Assembly (NCBI GenBank): GCA_051362555.1
Contig: CM120641.1
Span: 31,936,401 to 32,000,400, forward strand
Direction: 5' to 3'
From: Lingula anatina
Taxonomy: Eukaryota; Animalia; Brachiopoda
Length of the DNA: 64,000 nt
Under the pieces are notes generated by a model. That model was not told the DNA's origin. It saw nothing but the letters and a program-made list of their open reading frames with translations, and did no database searches. The position numbers and the translations under genes are program-made. This document shows positions 14,401 through 28,349 of this stretch, in pieces (the stretch's first letter is position 1; every line of letters starts with the position of its first letter).

Positions 14401-17400
14401 TTTTAGAACCACACATACATTTTTTTTCTTGTTAACAATTAGAACAAACCATATTTTTGTGAGTTTACTCTTCTATGGTGTAAGGAAGGAAATGAAGTGG
14501 TGTTCAGATAGCAGTGCGGAGCTTTGTGCCATTGATGGCAGCTCTCCGAGTGACAGGATGTAGAGAATCAAGATGGCAGCGATTGTGAAAGCAGCATGGG
14601 AAAGGCGAGGACTCCTTGTGCTAACTGCAGCAACTTTACTCTTTCTTTGATAATGTTTGCTATGGTGCCTTAACAGTGGGTGGGGACTTGTAGTGCCAGA
14701 AAGAAGATTGTGGTTATGGAGTGTGAGACCCCAGTATCTGATGTGGGTCTGTTATTTAGAAGGTGTAATTTTTATGTAGTTGGATATACATATGACTTGA
14801 TAACTTGAGCTTATGAATGATTCTGTGATAAGTGAACTGAATCAAATATCTCTGACAGATTACTTACAGTACTGTATAAGTAAAAGTAACCCATGCTGAT
14901 TTGTATTTATAAAAACCATTATCTCTTAATTGAAAGTCAGTGAAGTTTCGTCTTAGCTTCCTCCAAATACTGATTCAGCAACAAAGATAAGTGTTACCCA
15001 TAATGTAATTACTGCACATGCTAAAGATGGAGTTTTCTGTTTGACATCCATGTATTATCTGGGGCCAGATGATGAATGTGAATGTATAACCTGCTGTCAG
15101 AGACACCTAGGGATTGGACTTGTTCTCTGCTGATTGCGCTGAATGGTATTGATCCTTATTAGGATAATAAAGAGGTAATGATCCTCTTATGAATTGAACA
15201 GTCTCTGGTAGCAGGCAGGAACAAGGCACCCCATGTGTGAAGGTGGTATTTATCATAGAACTAAAAAGTGCTCTGACCCCAGTCAGGCACCCTGAGCATG
15301 AGGTTGATATTAATCATAAAAGTGTAAGGCAACATGGAACCAGGCAGGAAGAGGAAACCCTGAAAATCAGGGTGGAATTTATCTTAGGGCAGTATGAAAT
15401 GGTCAGATTTATGCCAAAAACAGGGGTGGGAGTCTAAAAAGATGCATAAGATAAACTTACAATTGGGACACTATAATATATCAGCCAGTGCCACACTGAT
15501 TTGAAAGTTTGTTAAAAAATTATCAGTTTGTCTCAGACATGGTGCTTCATTAATAGTCTCAGGTTGAAATCCTATTTTTGACACAAATAATGAATAATAA
15601 TTATTAATTGCCAGTGCTAATACTAAATGACATTTCTAGTGCAGTGGAAGGTGAGGTGTGAAAGGGCACCAAATAGTTGATAATGCTATAAACAGGTGCA
15701 ATCAGTCATGAGGTTTAAAAGCATACTTTTGTTGTTCTGGCAATCATTATTGTAACCCCCTGACCTGATGTATAGAAGTTGTAGAACCTGGGTTGTTGCT
15801 ACTATTATGCCCTTCAAATGCCTTCTGCATTACATTGCATGGCTTCTAGAGGTCTGTTGATAAATGTTACATCATGCATGTGTGTGTGCATGTCTATGTG
15901 TAATTTTGAAGTACACATTTTTTAATGCCAGCAGTCTCTTCGAGGTCTTCCTTTCTCTCAGAGTGGATACACTCCAAAGTAGAAGAGATCTTTAGGACAA
16001 CTGTCCAATGCAGCTGTATATAATTGTCCAAGAATCAGTGGATATTAAGCTCTCATTAAAGCAAATGGCATTGCTAAGACTAGGGCATGCCCTGAAACAC
16101 TGCACAGTTTCTTCATTTTGATAAAATGTTTATTTTACCCTGTGCAATCATTAGTATATACATATTATTGGAGGATGAGATGTTTTTGTGAAATACCAGC
16201 AATCCTAAAAGTTTTTCCCTAGTGATATATTTGATTTTTATGAACATATGAACCAATTTTGTGATGGAATATTTCCTGTAGAAGGTTATTTTTAGAAAAT
16301 ATATCAATAGCAAAAATACTGTGCAGGGGTACTTGTCTTGCTAAGATTATCAAGACAACTGGGCTGTTTTTACAAAGAAACTTTAATTTAAAGCTATCAC
16401 ATTCAGAACAGATGATACACGGACTTACTGATCTGCGGACTAAATATGGCTGACCCTGCTTAAAAAGAAGCTGCTTAATCCCCCTGATGATCTCTCTGCC
16501 TCTTTTTGCCTGGTAAAAGGTAATTTAAAATATAATTTGTATTGAAGGAGAAGCAAGGCAAATATCAATGGGAACTATTGATGAGAACCCAAAGTTAGAC
16601 CTCAGATAGAGAACTCTTGGAACAAGTCTTGGACAGGGCTAGCAGCAGAACACATGCCTTGTGCTGTACCTAGCTTCAATCAGTAATAAACAGCCAGGAT
16701 TCACATATTTTAAAGATTTCATATGCATTGTTATATTCAATCCATCCAAGTTAAGACAGAACTTTTTGACAAACACAGAATAGACCTGAAGTGATCTGTC
16801 ATTTTTAAGGTTTCATCTATCAGGTTCTCTGAATTTATCAGGGTTTGCAGTCACATTTCATTTAAAAAAAAGGCAGGTACTTAGTTAAGTATAAAAAATC
16901 TTTTAAAAATGTCATCATTGGTCTTTTCAAAAGTGGGTTTTAGGGCAAACATGGCTTTAGGTCTTGGGTGTTACTCAACATTCTTTAAGAGATTTGGGTA
17001 ATGTTTTATCGGTCCTTAGTCGAGATGTAAATCCTACAGCAAACAGGAGTCCTTTTCAACCTCTCACATAGCTCCAGTCTTTTATCTATGCCCCGCTGGT
17101 GCAGGGTGGAGGTAACGCCATTTAATATGCCATGGCATGCATTTGGGTAATAGCAAAGATTTGGGATCACACTTGTACTAGGTCATATTCTTAAATGTCT
17201 CCTGTGGTGGCTTTGAGATATGGTAAACATTGTAAAGTTTTGGTTGACCAGTTGGATGGTATAAGTTGGCAATATTTGAAGTGATTTACCTTTATTTTGA
17301 AAAGTTTATGCAATAAACTTAATATTCTGATAAAGTGCTTGTTATTTTAAATGAACTGCTTAGGAGTGTTGTGACCAGACTTTTTAATCCTGTGGCAGAA

Positions 17401-17545
17401 TTTTAGTGGAAATAGCGTAGTGGTGTATAAAGGGCTGGCTCTATGACCCACAAGCACATTTAAAGCCTTGATGAAACCAAAGCACAGTAGCCAATTTTTC
17501 GATTACTTAAGAAGATAACGCAGGAAAATCACTACCTGTCACTCC

Positions 17546-17559
17546 GTTGCTATGGAGAC
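17546..17559. promoter_or_regulatory. RFX X-box-like motif
   Basis: GTTGCTATGGAGAC fits the RFX consensus GTTGCYATGGNRAC; function unproven. Confidence 0.35.
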
Positions 17560-18342
17560 CATTCTTGTTCAGTTCCTCCACAAGAGGGGACCCTGTCATT
17601 TAGATGTATTTAATGGCGTAGTTTGGGCTAGGTGGGCTTTCATCTACAGTCAACCAATTGTCGAAGGCAATCCTATTTTATGGCCAGAAGATGATGAAAG
17701 GGCTTGAACAAGCACTAGCTGAGTTGTGGCAAATAGAAAAGAAATATGAGGGGATGGGGAAATAAAGAAAAGGTGCAAAGAGTAAAGTCAAGGAAAGAAA
17801 GACAGTGTTATGTCTTGGCTTTTAAAGCACAAAAAATTAAAAGGAAAACTTTTTGTACTGAAGCTCAGTATTTGTAAGTTAGCTATATAAATACTGGTTA
17901 CTGGACATTTCATGGATTAGCTAAAAAAATATATTACACACGTAAAAGAAAAGTATTCATGCAATACATGCTTTTTTGACATCCTATATAAAACTTGTAT
18001 TTACATCATATATAACTTGTATCTGGCACTCAAAGGGGAATTAAAATGGAAATTGATGTATAACTTTTCACTATAAAAACATATTACTTGATCTTTTAAG
18101 TTCATAATGAAATTTCGGCAGATCACTATGCCTACTGCCTGTGTTTGGGGCCATACAGAACGAGTTACATCACATTAGCTAGTGGGTTATTAACTTTCTT
18201 GACACTCAGCTTCTGGAAGCTACCTGGACGTGCATGTGCATTGTTTGCACTCATAGTAAAGTAAGAATGGCAGATACACATACAAACAGAGACAAAACAA
18301 GGAGTCTTTCTCTGAACTTGTGTTATGATTTTCAGAATCTCA

Positions 18343-18556
18343 GGGCGCATTCCCATAGATTTTAGATCGATCTATCCCCGTGGGGAATCTCACTAGATTA
18401 CTGTCAGATAATCTGGCTTAAATGTCCGTCCCGCCTACTACAAGCTGTAAGGGGGTAATTAACTTTCATGCCCGCTCGGCTAACAGCTATTTAGCGTGAA
18501 CCCCCAGGGAGTTAGGTCGATCTAGTTGGATCGATCTAATCTTTGGGAAAGGGGTC
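18343..18556. mobile_element. MITE related to the 11145-11415 element
   Basis: Ends gggcgcattccca / tgggaaaggggtc flanked by TCA on both sides; shares gatcgatcta, ttactgtcag, ggcttaa-tgtc and gggggtaattaa blocks with the 11.2-kb copy. Confidence 0.75.
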
Positions 18557-21500
18557 TCAGTCTCTATCCTGGAGTTGGAGGAGAATGACTTTCTGCTATC
18601 ATAATCTAAGATTGCAGTGTGTCCAGGTAGCTTTCTGAACCCAGGTACACACGGAAGTTAATTACCCTGCTTGAGGAGGCTTGTGAGTTTGTTAATCTGA
18701 TTGCTTTCAGCAAGGGTTCCATTGGATTTCGAGGGCACTAGTATGGCCAGCCTAACTCCTTTGAATTTAATGCATATTTACTAGCCCAGTCTTTATTTGA
18801 ATGTGCTGTATTTCGCTAGCCCTTTAGAGTTGTCACCACACAATTAGTGGTGCCATCAGCAGCTTTAATTAAACCTGAGCACCAGTTGCCCAGTAGTTTG
18901 TTAAAGCAATTTAAAAATATTCATTTAATGTGAACTTTTAAATGACTAGCATTGATTTACAAACACATAATGGCTAAAAAGTAAATTTTAATGCAATCTG
19001 ATGTTATATAAATAGAAGACTTCCCCCTTTGACTGTGTATCCAGCATTTTGCTACTCCAATAATAGAAAGAGATTGCTTTCCTGAAGAATCACAACAACA
19101 AAAAAAAAAAAAAAGGGAGGAGAGAGGGAAGAAGACGGGATGAAAATTGATCAAGACCTTTACAACAGAAAATTTAATTAAGATCCTGCATGGCAGCCAT
19201 TTGTTTGTTCTATTACTGCAGCCTAGTCTTAGCAGGGGCCGGCAGTCAACCACTGTTTGAGAAATTGCACAGTAACGTTCTATGTAAAAGCAACACCCGG
19301 ACTTCCACAGGAACTTTTTGTACCATTCCTATAGCTCACCTTTCAGGGAGTGTATACACAGTAATAGGGTAAAACAGGGGAGAGAGCTGGGCCTCTAATC
19401 TTTGAGAATGTCTGCAGTGGAGCAATGTTTACTTTGCGGAAATTAGATATTTGCACAGGTATAATTTTCACTGGCATGCCAAGCTATTCAATATTTTCAG
19501 ATACATGGGGCAGTGTGTGCCTGCTAACATTTTGTTTGAATGTATTATATGGCTCTGATTGACTAAATTTTTTTCACTGCGACTTAGAAAAATTGCACGC
19601 CCATGAAAACTGTATGCTATCTGTTCTTTTCCATGATGTCCAAGTTGGTTTTTTATTTGCAGCACTAATGTTTAATACCATTTTAAAATCTTTCTTGTCC
19701 CTTTGGGGACATAATTAATCTTCTTTTCTGAAATTACTTCTACTCAGAGAGTTAGAAAAAAAGAAATATTGGAAAGAAAGAGCAGGTAGAAAAGAAAAGG
19801 TAGAGATAATAGAGAAAAGTGATAGAGAAAAGCTGTAGAAAGAGAGAAAAATAATCATATATATGTGGTGTTTGTGTGAAAGCCTTCAGGGCACTAAATT
19901 GGTCTGTAGCGAGTGCATCCACTTTCCACAGGAAACGGTGACACAAGATGAGGAGGAAAGACGACCATTCAATATTCCCTGCCTCTACCAACAAGATTTG
20001 TTGACACTCCCCTGTGTTAATTAGCAGCAGTGTTAGCACAGGCAACCCTTGTAACCTTGGGTTTTATGGAAGGTTACACAATATTGTATAGAGAAAGTAA
20101 ATGTTGCTTCTAAAAAGCTACCTGAATGGGACAAAGCAAAGAGCAGACAGGCGAAGGCTTTTGGGTGAATATTTGCGGTGTAGAGTATTGAACAACAGAG
20201 CAAACTGTCGGCGCTGTTGTGTTCATAGTAATGTAGAAGACTAAGGTGGGCTCAGCTGATGGCGATAATATGAAGCCCTTTAACCACATCTTTTATACCT
20301 TCTTTGTCTTAGCTAGCCTCTGCCACCTCTCCCCTCCCCTCCCACCAAAAATAGCATCTGGCAGCACCATTATTCACATTCTATGAGAATTTCTTCTTTA
20401 CTTTTTTTTTGTACACAGCATTTTTCACTTTGCAGTACAAGCTAGATGAATTTTTATTGAAGGTTTCCCCTAACTCGCAGCATCCTACCTACAGAGTGCA
20501 CATGTTCAGTGTTGCAGAACTTCGTTGTAATTCATGTATTTTCTGTGCACATTTTATTCCGTCATTAACTGCCATCAAACATACTTAAGGTAGACCTGAC
20601 AGTTTACGATGACTTCTTCCCAACAATAGGCAAGGTCAGAGTTGATTTATTTTGAGGCTTGCTTTCACCGCAAAAGGAGTCATTGAAAGGAAATGGGCAC
20701 GAACCATGCATGCAACCCAAGGGGAGATACATCTAAAGCAAGAAATGTGGTATGAGTAAATACATACATAACAGTTGATTTCTGGCTCTCCCTGTCAATG
20801 ATTTTAAATTATATCAAGTTGATTATATCAGATAAAAGAATTTTATTGGGGTTAACACTTAAGGTGAAGAACCTTAACTGACTTGTTTATTTAAGTATGG
20901 GTTTAGTGCTTATTCAAAAGTTAAAAATAAATTAAATATCATTGATGGATAACTAGTGTACATCTAGAATGCATATTAGAAAGTATTCAGGTAATAAGTG
21001 ACAGTTGAGAAAAGTTGGACTTCTTGAAACATGCCCTATGTGCATCGAGTTTCAGTACATTTCTTATCAGTAATTATCAGAATATTATAGATTAGTTATC
21101 TAAGTCTGTGGTGAAACTTTATCAATATCACCTGGTTCATTCATCCATTTACCCTGCCTTCATAACAGCAATACTTTGCTTATCCATCCAAGATAAATAG
21201 ATAAGCTCTGGCGCCAAAGGAGGACACTGGTTGCAGATCTCCTCTGCTAAATATTATTATCCAAGAATGTCACTTCTAGGTGTAGGTTAGACATGATGCA
21301 CATTTCACATATCAAAGACAAACACCTGAAATTTGAATCAGTTTGATTATATCATTTCAATTATAAATGTACCACAATTAATGTAGTCTCAAAGCCACTC
21401 TCTGTGTTGGTATCTCTTCTCAAGGTGCTTCCCCCTGACCAAGATAGCTGGCTCAAATTTAGAATATTGCTAGCAGTATTTTATTTGATTATGCTAAGAG

Positions 21501-23838
21501 ATGGGGTTTCTACCTGGTTTCATCAACCACTAGAAGACTGATTTGTTGGTAGATTTTTGTCAAAATGCCCTGAAAGTTTACTCCGTGCAGGGGTGACTGG
21601 CTAATATTTTGGTTATATATAATAAAACTGGAGAGGGGAATGATGGTACAGGTTGAATAGTAACATTAATGCATTGCCGCTCACTTTTATGTAGGATCAT
21701 TTGACAAAACGAGGGGGATGGAATAGGCATGGATTGGTGATTGGGTATATGAAAAGGAGAATAAATGTGGATAATACTTCAGATCTGCTATATAATGTAG
21801 AATTTCAACATAAGTCTGTAGCATTTAGAGATAGAAAAAGAACAGGTCTCTCAACTGGTTCAAATCCCCATTCAATAGTTGTACACAGTGTCCAATCCTC
21901 CCTTTGCCTGCGTGTATGCACTAGAGACACAATAACGCAGATGTAAGGGAAAACGCAGGTCATGCTTAAATAAGCAACCCTCTCAAATGTTCCATTGTGC
22001 GCCCTTCACCAGAAATAAAGTATGAAATTTTATTTGTTTTTGGAAGGAAAAAAAGGGAGGTTTTCAGTGTGCAGTTGCTTCAGTGAGCAAAGGGTTCTGG
22101 ACTGATCTTGAGAAAGAAATGAGTATTCATTGAGGTTGGTTCTATAGGGGCAGTATTGTATGGCAGGACCTTCAGGGTTGGAAAGTGGAAATTGTTGTAG
22201 CTTTAATGAATGGACTGTGGTGTAACGAGATTGTTTGTTTTTCATAACCCACTAACCTCTGGTTCAATTAATGGCTAGTTTTCATGCAAAGCACCGCCCA
22301 GTAGGACGGAATTAAAATTTTGAACATCTTCTGGTTATGCATGCTTTATACTTGAGGAGGGGAGTGGGAGCATTAGTGGAAAAATAGAAAAATTGTTCTA
22401 TTTGAAAAAAATTGTATTAGGTGAGTTAAACCCTGAAGTGAAGCATCACTTTTTATTTTGAGGCTCTCTTTTTCCATGGTCCATCTTGTTTTATTTTTTC
22501 ATCTACTGGCCCTATTTCCTCAGTCAAAGCAAATTGGTCTCCCTGACTAGTTAAAGAGGCTTGTCTCCCTCCTGCTGTTAAAGAGAGTATTGCCTTCCTT
22601 GCTGTTAAGCATTCTTCTAAATACAACCTGGCAGCCCTGGCTGATTGTAGTGTCACTGGCTGATAGTGAGAGCAGCCGTTTCCACAGCAACATCCACTAA
22701 GCTGATAGGAAGTGACATGGGTACTCTGTGAAATGAAGCACTGTGTTTGGAAGGTGATCTGGTTACTGGCTGAGCAGAGTTGTTTTTCTTTTCTCCATTT
22801 TATGACTTCTCCTCAGGGATAGATTTTAAATAAGATTTCTTCTCATTCCCTAGCCAACTAGTTAGGAGAGCCCATACATCCCATTGTTTGTATGTTTAAC
22901 TGAGGCTTAGTTCAGCTTCATCAGTCAGTCACTTCTTCTAGTGCCATCTATTGGGAGGACTTGGAACCTCCTAATGCAAGATCAACAAAGGCTTTGAAAA
23001 TATTTGATTTTAATTAAAATTAACTCCAGAATTTCTCCCCTGAGGGAGAGTAATTTATATCCTAAGTGGTGAAGTGTAACTAGTGTACGGTGGTGTTTGG
23101 ATAGGACTAGGCCTGCACAAAGCACTGTCAGTAGTGTTGTATGGACCCATATGGAATGGCAGGGAGTTCTACCATTATAGCTAAGTAGAAGTCCTGCCCC
23201 AGTTAGATGGAGATAGAGGAATACAGGGCACCCTAGTCTCTTGCTGTGTCTTGTCTCATACAGAGTAATATGCCATATATGTGTTGTCAACAAAAAAGCA
23301 ACTCACATCTTCGGGTGCCTGTTATTTCTGACTTTCCTTGTGTCTGTCTTTGTCATCGCCATTAGTGTTGCTATTGCCATGCACTTCTCTAGGATCCTTA
23401 GTCCTAAACAATAAATGGAAAGTTGTGTTACTTATTACCTGCCAACTTAAAAGAGTGATTGCCAGTACTCAAATACAGCTGGAGTTAGAAAACTAGGCTG
23501 ATTTCTTGTGGAAAAAAACTGAAGTATTTCTTTCTTTCTTTCTTTTGTGTGTGAATTTATTACTTTTCACGTATTGCCCTAAGTAACATTAGTACATAAT
23601 CAAAATGTCATGATGTTAAGTACTATGTATCATAGAGTCAAAATTAACTAAAACATTTTGTGCTCTGTCAAACTATAAAACAAGAAAAGTGTTACTTAGT
23701 ATTCTCAAAGAAATGATTCATAGTCTGAGTGCTAAAATGTGGCATGTTAGAAATCCAACCTGATTGAATTCTTTTTTTTTTTTTTAAGTGATTTATTTTT
23801 GGTGAATTTTTCCTTTTTCACAAATAATCATTTTCTAG

Positions 23839-23874
23839 ATTTTCATGGGTCTGAAGACTGTATTACAGAGATTG
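23839..23874 (+). CDS. Smad6/7: Candidate 36-nt frame-preserving micro-exon of Smad6/7
   Basis: Long T-rich tract ending ttttctag, donor TTG|gtaagg; phase 1-1 like its neighbours; open in the required frame (DFHGSEDCITEI). No homology support recognised. Confidence 0.6.
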
Positions 23875-26800
23875 GTAAGGCATAATATAATTTTATATCA
23901 AAACCAACTAATAGCATTTTCTGTTCTGTCCATTTTTCTGACTTGTTTAAGTTTTACTGACTTATTTATTGGTTATCCTTTCCTTCCTTTTTTCCAAACT
24001 TCTTCCTAAATTTAGACCAACTCTCTCCACCTGATTTAATAGGTGTATAAAATCCTTCTACTTTGGGATGGTAAGAAAAGATCCTGATTCTGGAAACTGG
24101 AGACTTTCCCATTTGGTTGACTTACTGAAGAATTAATCAAAGAGAGAAAAACAAGAATTAAATTTCACTTGAAATCCCTTTTTATAGAGACATTTCATTA
24201 TGTAGAAGTCCGAGTGATGACATACAAGGGAAGAGTGGATCCAAAAGATATCTGCCTTGTTTGACTTTTTCACCATAGGCAAGATAAAACTTTGAAAGTA
24301 TTTGTTTTATTGATACTCATTTGAGATATGCTTGTTAAAATACATTAACATTTATATGTGATCTTCTGGCTCAGTTTGTAAGGTAATGGAATAATTTGCA
24401 CTCAAGCTTTAATAACAGAATATATTATGTTTCTACCAGAAATGAATTTACTTTTTTAAAATCTCAGATTGAATAAAGTACTGGTCCAAAAGGCAGATAT
24501 TTTTCAAAGCTGCTGCAAGGTAAATTTTGAATATTGCATTACAGCTTTTATTGATAAGGGAATTAAACATGAGATCAACAAAGGAAAATTGTAGACCAGT
24601 GGTTGGCATATCAAATTCCATAACCTTCCTGGCATTGTTTTATAATTATAGATTTACCACAAAGAAAACATGACATCCCTTCTATACAAATTTCATTACT
24701 TTGTCAGGAATTTATATTGAAATTTTCCTCACTAAATCAAAATATAATCAACCACAGCTGAGGAAGAAATGCATTATACTTCAGTGGTGTTGAATATTTT
24801 CCATTGAAAAGATGTGTTGCAAGTAATTACAACATAGAAAATGACACACCACCCTCACAGGAAGCCTTCAAAGTTTTAAATACTATAATGGCTGTAATGT
24901 TGATACAGGTGTGTGCGGAAACAAGACTGCAGCTAATTTTCAGATTTTGTAACAAATTTATTGGAACAAATATCAGCAACTGCATTTGATTGGGCCTAAA
25001 CAGTCAAATCTAGCAGCTAGTTTACTTAAGTCGAAAATGATATTCATAAAACCACAAAAGAATTGGCTCTTTGCCCCCTGAGTACAGATGTTCAATGGAA
25101 ATGGGAAAAGATAATGTATATAGATTATTGTGATAATAAGCTGGGTTTGTTTAGTGCTTGATATAATCATTTATATGGGAAGGAATTAGTGCTGAACCCT
25201 TTACCCCCTCTGTCCAACAGAAAGAAACAAATTGAGTGTTTGGGTGAAATGGGGGTGGGGTATACAAGGCTCTCCAGGCCCTCATTTATGTATTTCATGG
25301 TTTTATGACTGTGTATAGTAAAAAGAAATAGGGACAGTTCCTTGTCAAGTGAAATTATAAGGTTTGATGAATATTTTTTTGAAAAGATAGGGGAGATTTC
25401 TTCCATTCCATACCTCTTCCAAAATAGTAGTAGGAAAAAAAGAAAAAGAAAAAACAATTCACTTGTTTCAAAATTAAGTCATACTTATGAAAAGGTTACA
25501 TATCTTTTCATCTAATTGATTTGGATAATTTTGCATCCTCTCTCCATTCCCATTTTATTTAGCACTGTTGAAATTACCCAAGCTGAGACCGTTAACTGGA
25601 AAAAGGGGAAAAAATAAGAGAGAAAATTCTGTTTTGATAGGCCAAACAAGACATGGAATGTTCCTCAGTGGCTCCAGTGAAACCAATTTCCACTTATCAA
25701 GTTGTTGAGCTGCAAACAGTCTGCCTCTTGCTTGGCTGGCAGGTCAGGGTTTTTTTGTAAACTGGAAACACCCTGTGGATCACTTCTAAAGATATAAATA
25801 CTCTGTTTGATAAGAAAGCATATATCGAGAAAAGAAGATGAAGCCTTTTGTAGTGTGCATTTAACCAGAGTTACTATAATTCAAATGTACAAATTTCAAA
25901 TGAGAGCTTTGTGAGTTGGTCACTGCTGAGTGAGGTTGTGGAGAGAGGGTAGCTGTTCTGGGTGTCAGAAACCTGCAGTGCCCTGAATGCGCCGTGGTAT
26001 TTCATTTCTTCAAGGAGACTGGGTGGCTGCCAACTGGGGAAAGACACACTAATGGAAATATTCATCTTAAAAAGACACCAGCAGTTACACTTAATATATA
26101 CGAGCTTGTTACTTGTGTTAGATAGTGGGGTAGTGTAGAAAGTGTGAGGGGAAACATTAAAAAAGATGAGAGAGGGGGAATTGAAGTTGGTTTCTGTTTT
26201 AAGATTTTTTTAAAAGAAAGATAAGTATAGGATTGCAAGCAAAGGCCGTGTAGTCCAAAGACGCAGTCCAAAGACATCCTATCATATAGGCGCTTGCTGT
26301 TAATGGAGATGTAGCGACCAGTCAGTATGAAGCTTCTTATCATCAACAGACAGAGCTTTGGCCTCTATTATGGTTATAGAGTCCCAGAATCAATAGACTT
26401 CAGTCAATTATTTTGGCATCTGTGCACTCATTACACAGCCTATGCATACAGTAAACCATGAGGTCATCTCTTAGATCTTACATAGAATATTTAGTTGTGG
26501 AATGTAGGTGGTCATATCAGGAAATTGTATTGTTTCGTAAATTCAAAAGAAAGAATATTTTTATCTGATTCTAGCAGAGTAATCTTATCTTGTACTTGCA
26601 TCCCCTTGCATCAGACATAAAAGGTTTGAAGAGAAGCGAAATATTTATAAAATTCTTCTTACAATATTTGTGCAAAAAGAAAAAAAAATAAAATAAAAGT
26701 ATAGGTAAATATAAAAGTGGACGTGACAGTTTTTATTGAAACTAATCAGTAGCTTAATTTAGAGTTGTAGTTTGATTCTTTTCTTAATGCTAGCAAATTG

Positions 26801-27221
26801 GCTCCTCTAACCACCAACTCCCAGACTGACCCAACATTGACAGATCTTAAAATAGACAAAACATAGCTGTAAGTGAAGTCTATAAATGACAGGGATAAGT
26901 CTAGGGCCAGACCAGGACTCTTCTACTGTTAGCATTCCCCCGAGCATGCCATCTCTGATGGAGCATGCCATCTCTGATGATTAGCATATGTGGACATTTA
27001 TATTGTGATCTACAATGTTCACTGGTATGTTAAATGGGGCCTCCTCCATAAGGTCTGGGATGTCTTGTCCATTCAATCAAGAGCACCATTCCAGTCATAG
27101 TATTTTGTGGGTAAGAATAAATGGATGGGAGTGAAAATGAAGTTCCAGTTTTAACCTTGTAGAGTTGCGTATATAATTTTATCTTCAAGAGGGCTGTGCT
27201 GTAGTTAGCTCGAAGCCAGTA

Positions 27222-27501
27222 GCCGTGTGTAAGAGCCGTGTGGCATAGCTGATGTGGAGTCAGAAGTCTGCCAGGCTCTAGGCAGCAGAAGCCTTGTGTA
27301 AGAGAGTATATGGGATAGCTGATGTGGAGTCAGCAGTCTGCCAGGCTCTATGTAGCAGGAGCCTTGTGTAAGAGAGTATTGGCATAGCTGATGTGGAGTC
27401 AGCAGTCTGCCAGGCTCTAGGCAGCAGGAGCCTTGTGTAAGAGAGTATTGGCATAGCTGATGTGGAGTCAGCAGTCTGCCAGGCTCTAGGCAGCAGGAGC
27501 C
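27222..27501. repeat. Minisatellite, 69-70 bp unit x4
   Basis: Unit gccttgtgtaagagagtattggcatagctgatgtggagtcagcagtctgccaggctctaggcagcagga starting at 27222, 27291, 27361 and 27430; the last two copies are identical. Confidence 0.95.
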
Positions 27502-28349
27502 ACAGAAGTGCTCTCATAATGTGATTATAGCCACAAAAAGACATCAGCTGTCATGACTGTCACAGATTGTAATCGCTCTAAAAGCTTTTCCTTACTTTGA
27601 TTCCTAGGTAGGTATAAACACTCCAGGAACTTATATTTATTAGATAATTCAGTTGGAAAAGAGGCAATAAGTTTAGTGTCTGACCTTTGTGTGATGCAGC
27701 CAGTACCTAGCCATGGACACTGTTGGTGAAGTGAGATTTGTTACTGGTAGTTTTGATTCCAAACTAATGAAAAGACACCTAGGGTAGGTTTAAAACACTG
27801 GCCCTTACACCTGGTCTCTCCAGTTTAAGGTGAAGTAGACACAACTGACACCATGTATGCACACATGCACAGAGAGAGTTCCTCAACATTTCAGATTTGA
27901 GATGCTAGGTGGTAGAAGTTTTGGCAGAGAAAAGATATGGGTCAGTAGAGTCCCACTGTACTGGTGTGTCTCATTTAGCAACATATTGGATAAGTGGACA
28001 TTTCTCTCTTTTTCCTTCCTTCCCATAAGTGCTCCACTAAATAATAGAGAGAGCAGCGCCTGACAACCTGTTGCAACTTTTGCATCTTGAACATTAGAAA
28101 AATGCTTTTCATGTTTCTCTTAATATGCTATTGACTGTCCAATGTTGTGACACCTGTAGCTGTAACAGGTGATGCCAAGTTATGCAGACTCTAAAGGAGT
28201 GACATGTTTGTAGTGCGTATAGGATCTGGTTCTTATTTGGTTTAATGCTAAAAGTTTTACCATACTGTCTTGAGGAGGCGTTCATTTCCATGACTGATGT
28301 CTTCAAACTGACCTTGAAAGCACCACCAGCCAACATCACCTAACCAACT

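Noticed and set aside
17410-17455. tRNA or SINE head (TAGCGTAGTGG A-box-like)
   Set aside because: No B-box at proper spacing and no cloverleaf; the lone GGTTCAAATCCC near 21857 likewise lacks a convincing A-box.
22868-22928. Hammerhead-ribozyme-like arrangement on the minus strand (CTGATGA, stem AGCTGA/TCAGTT, AAA, stem CATAC/GTATG)
   Set aside because: Lacks the G of the GAAA core and the UH cleavage site; no stem I seen.
27222-27544. CRISPR-like array or repeat-protein ORF (88 aa)
   Set aside because: Units are contiguous with no unique spacers; the ORF only reflects the 69-bp period.
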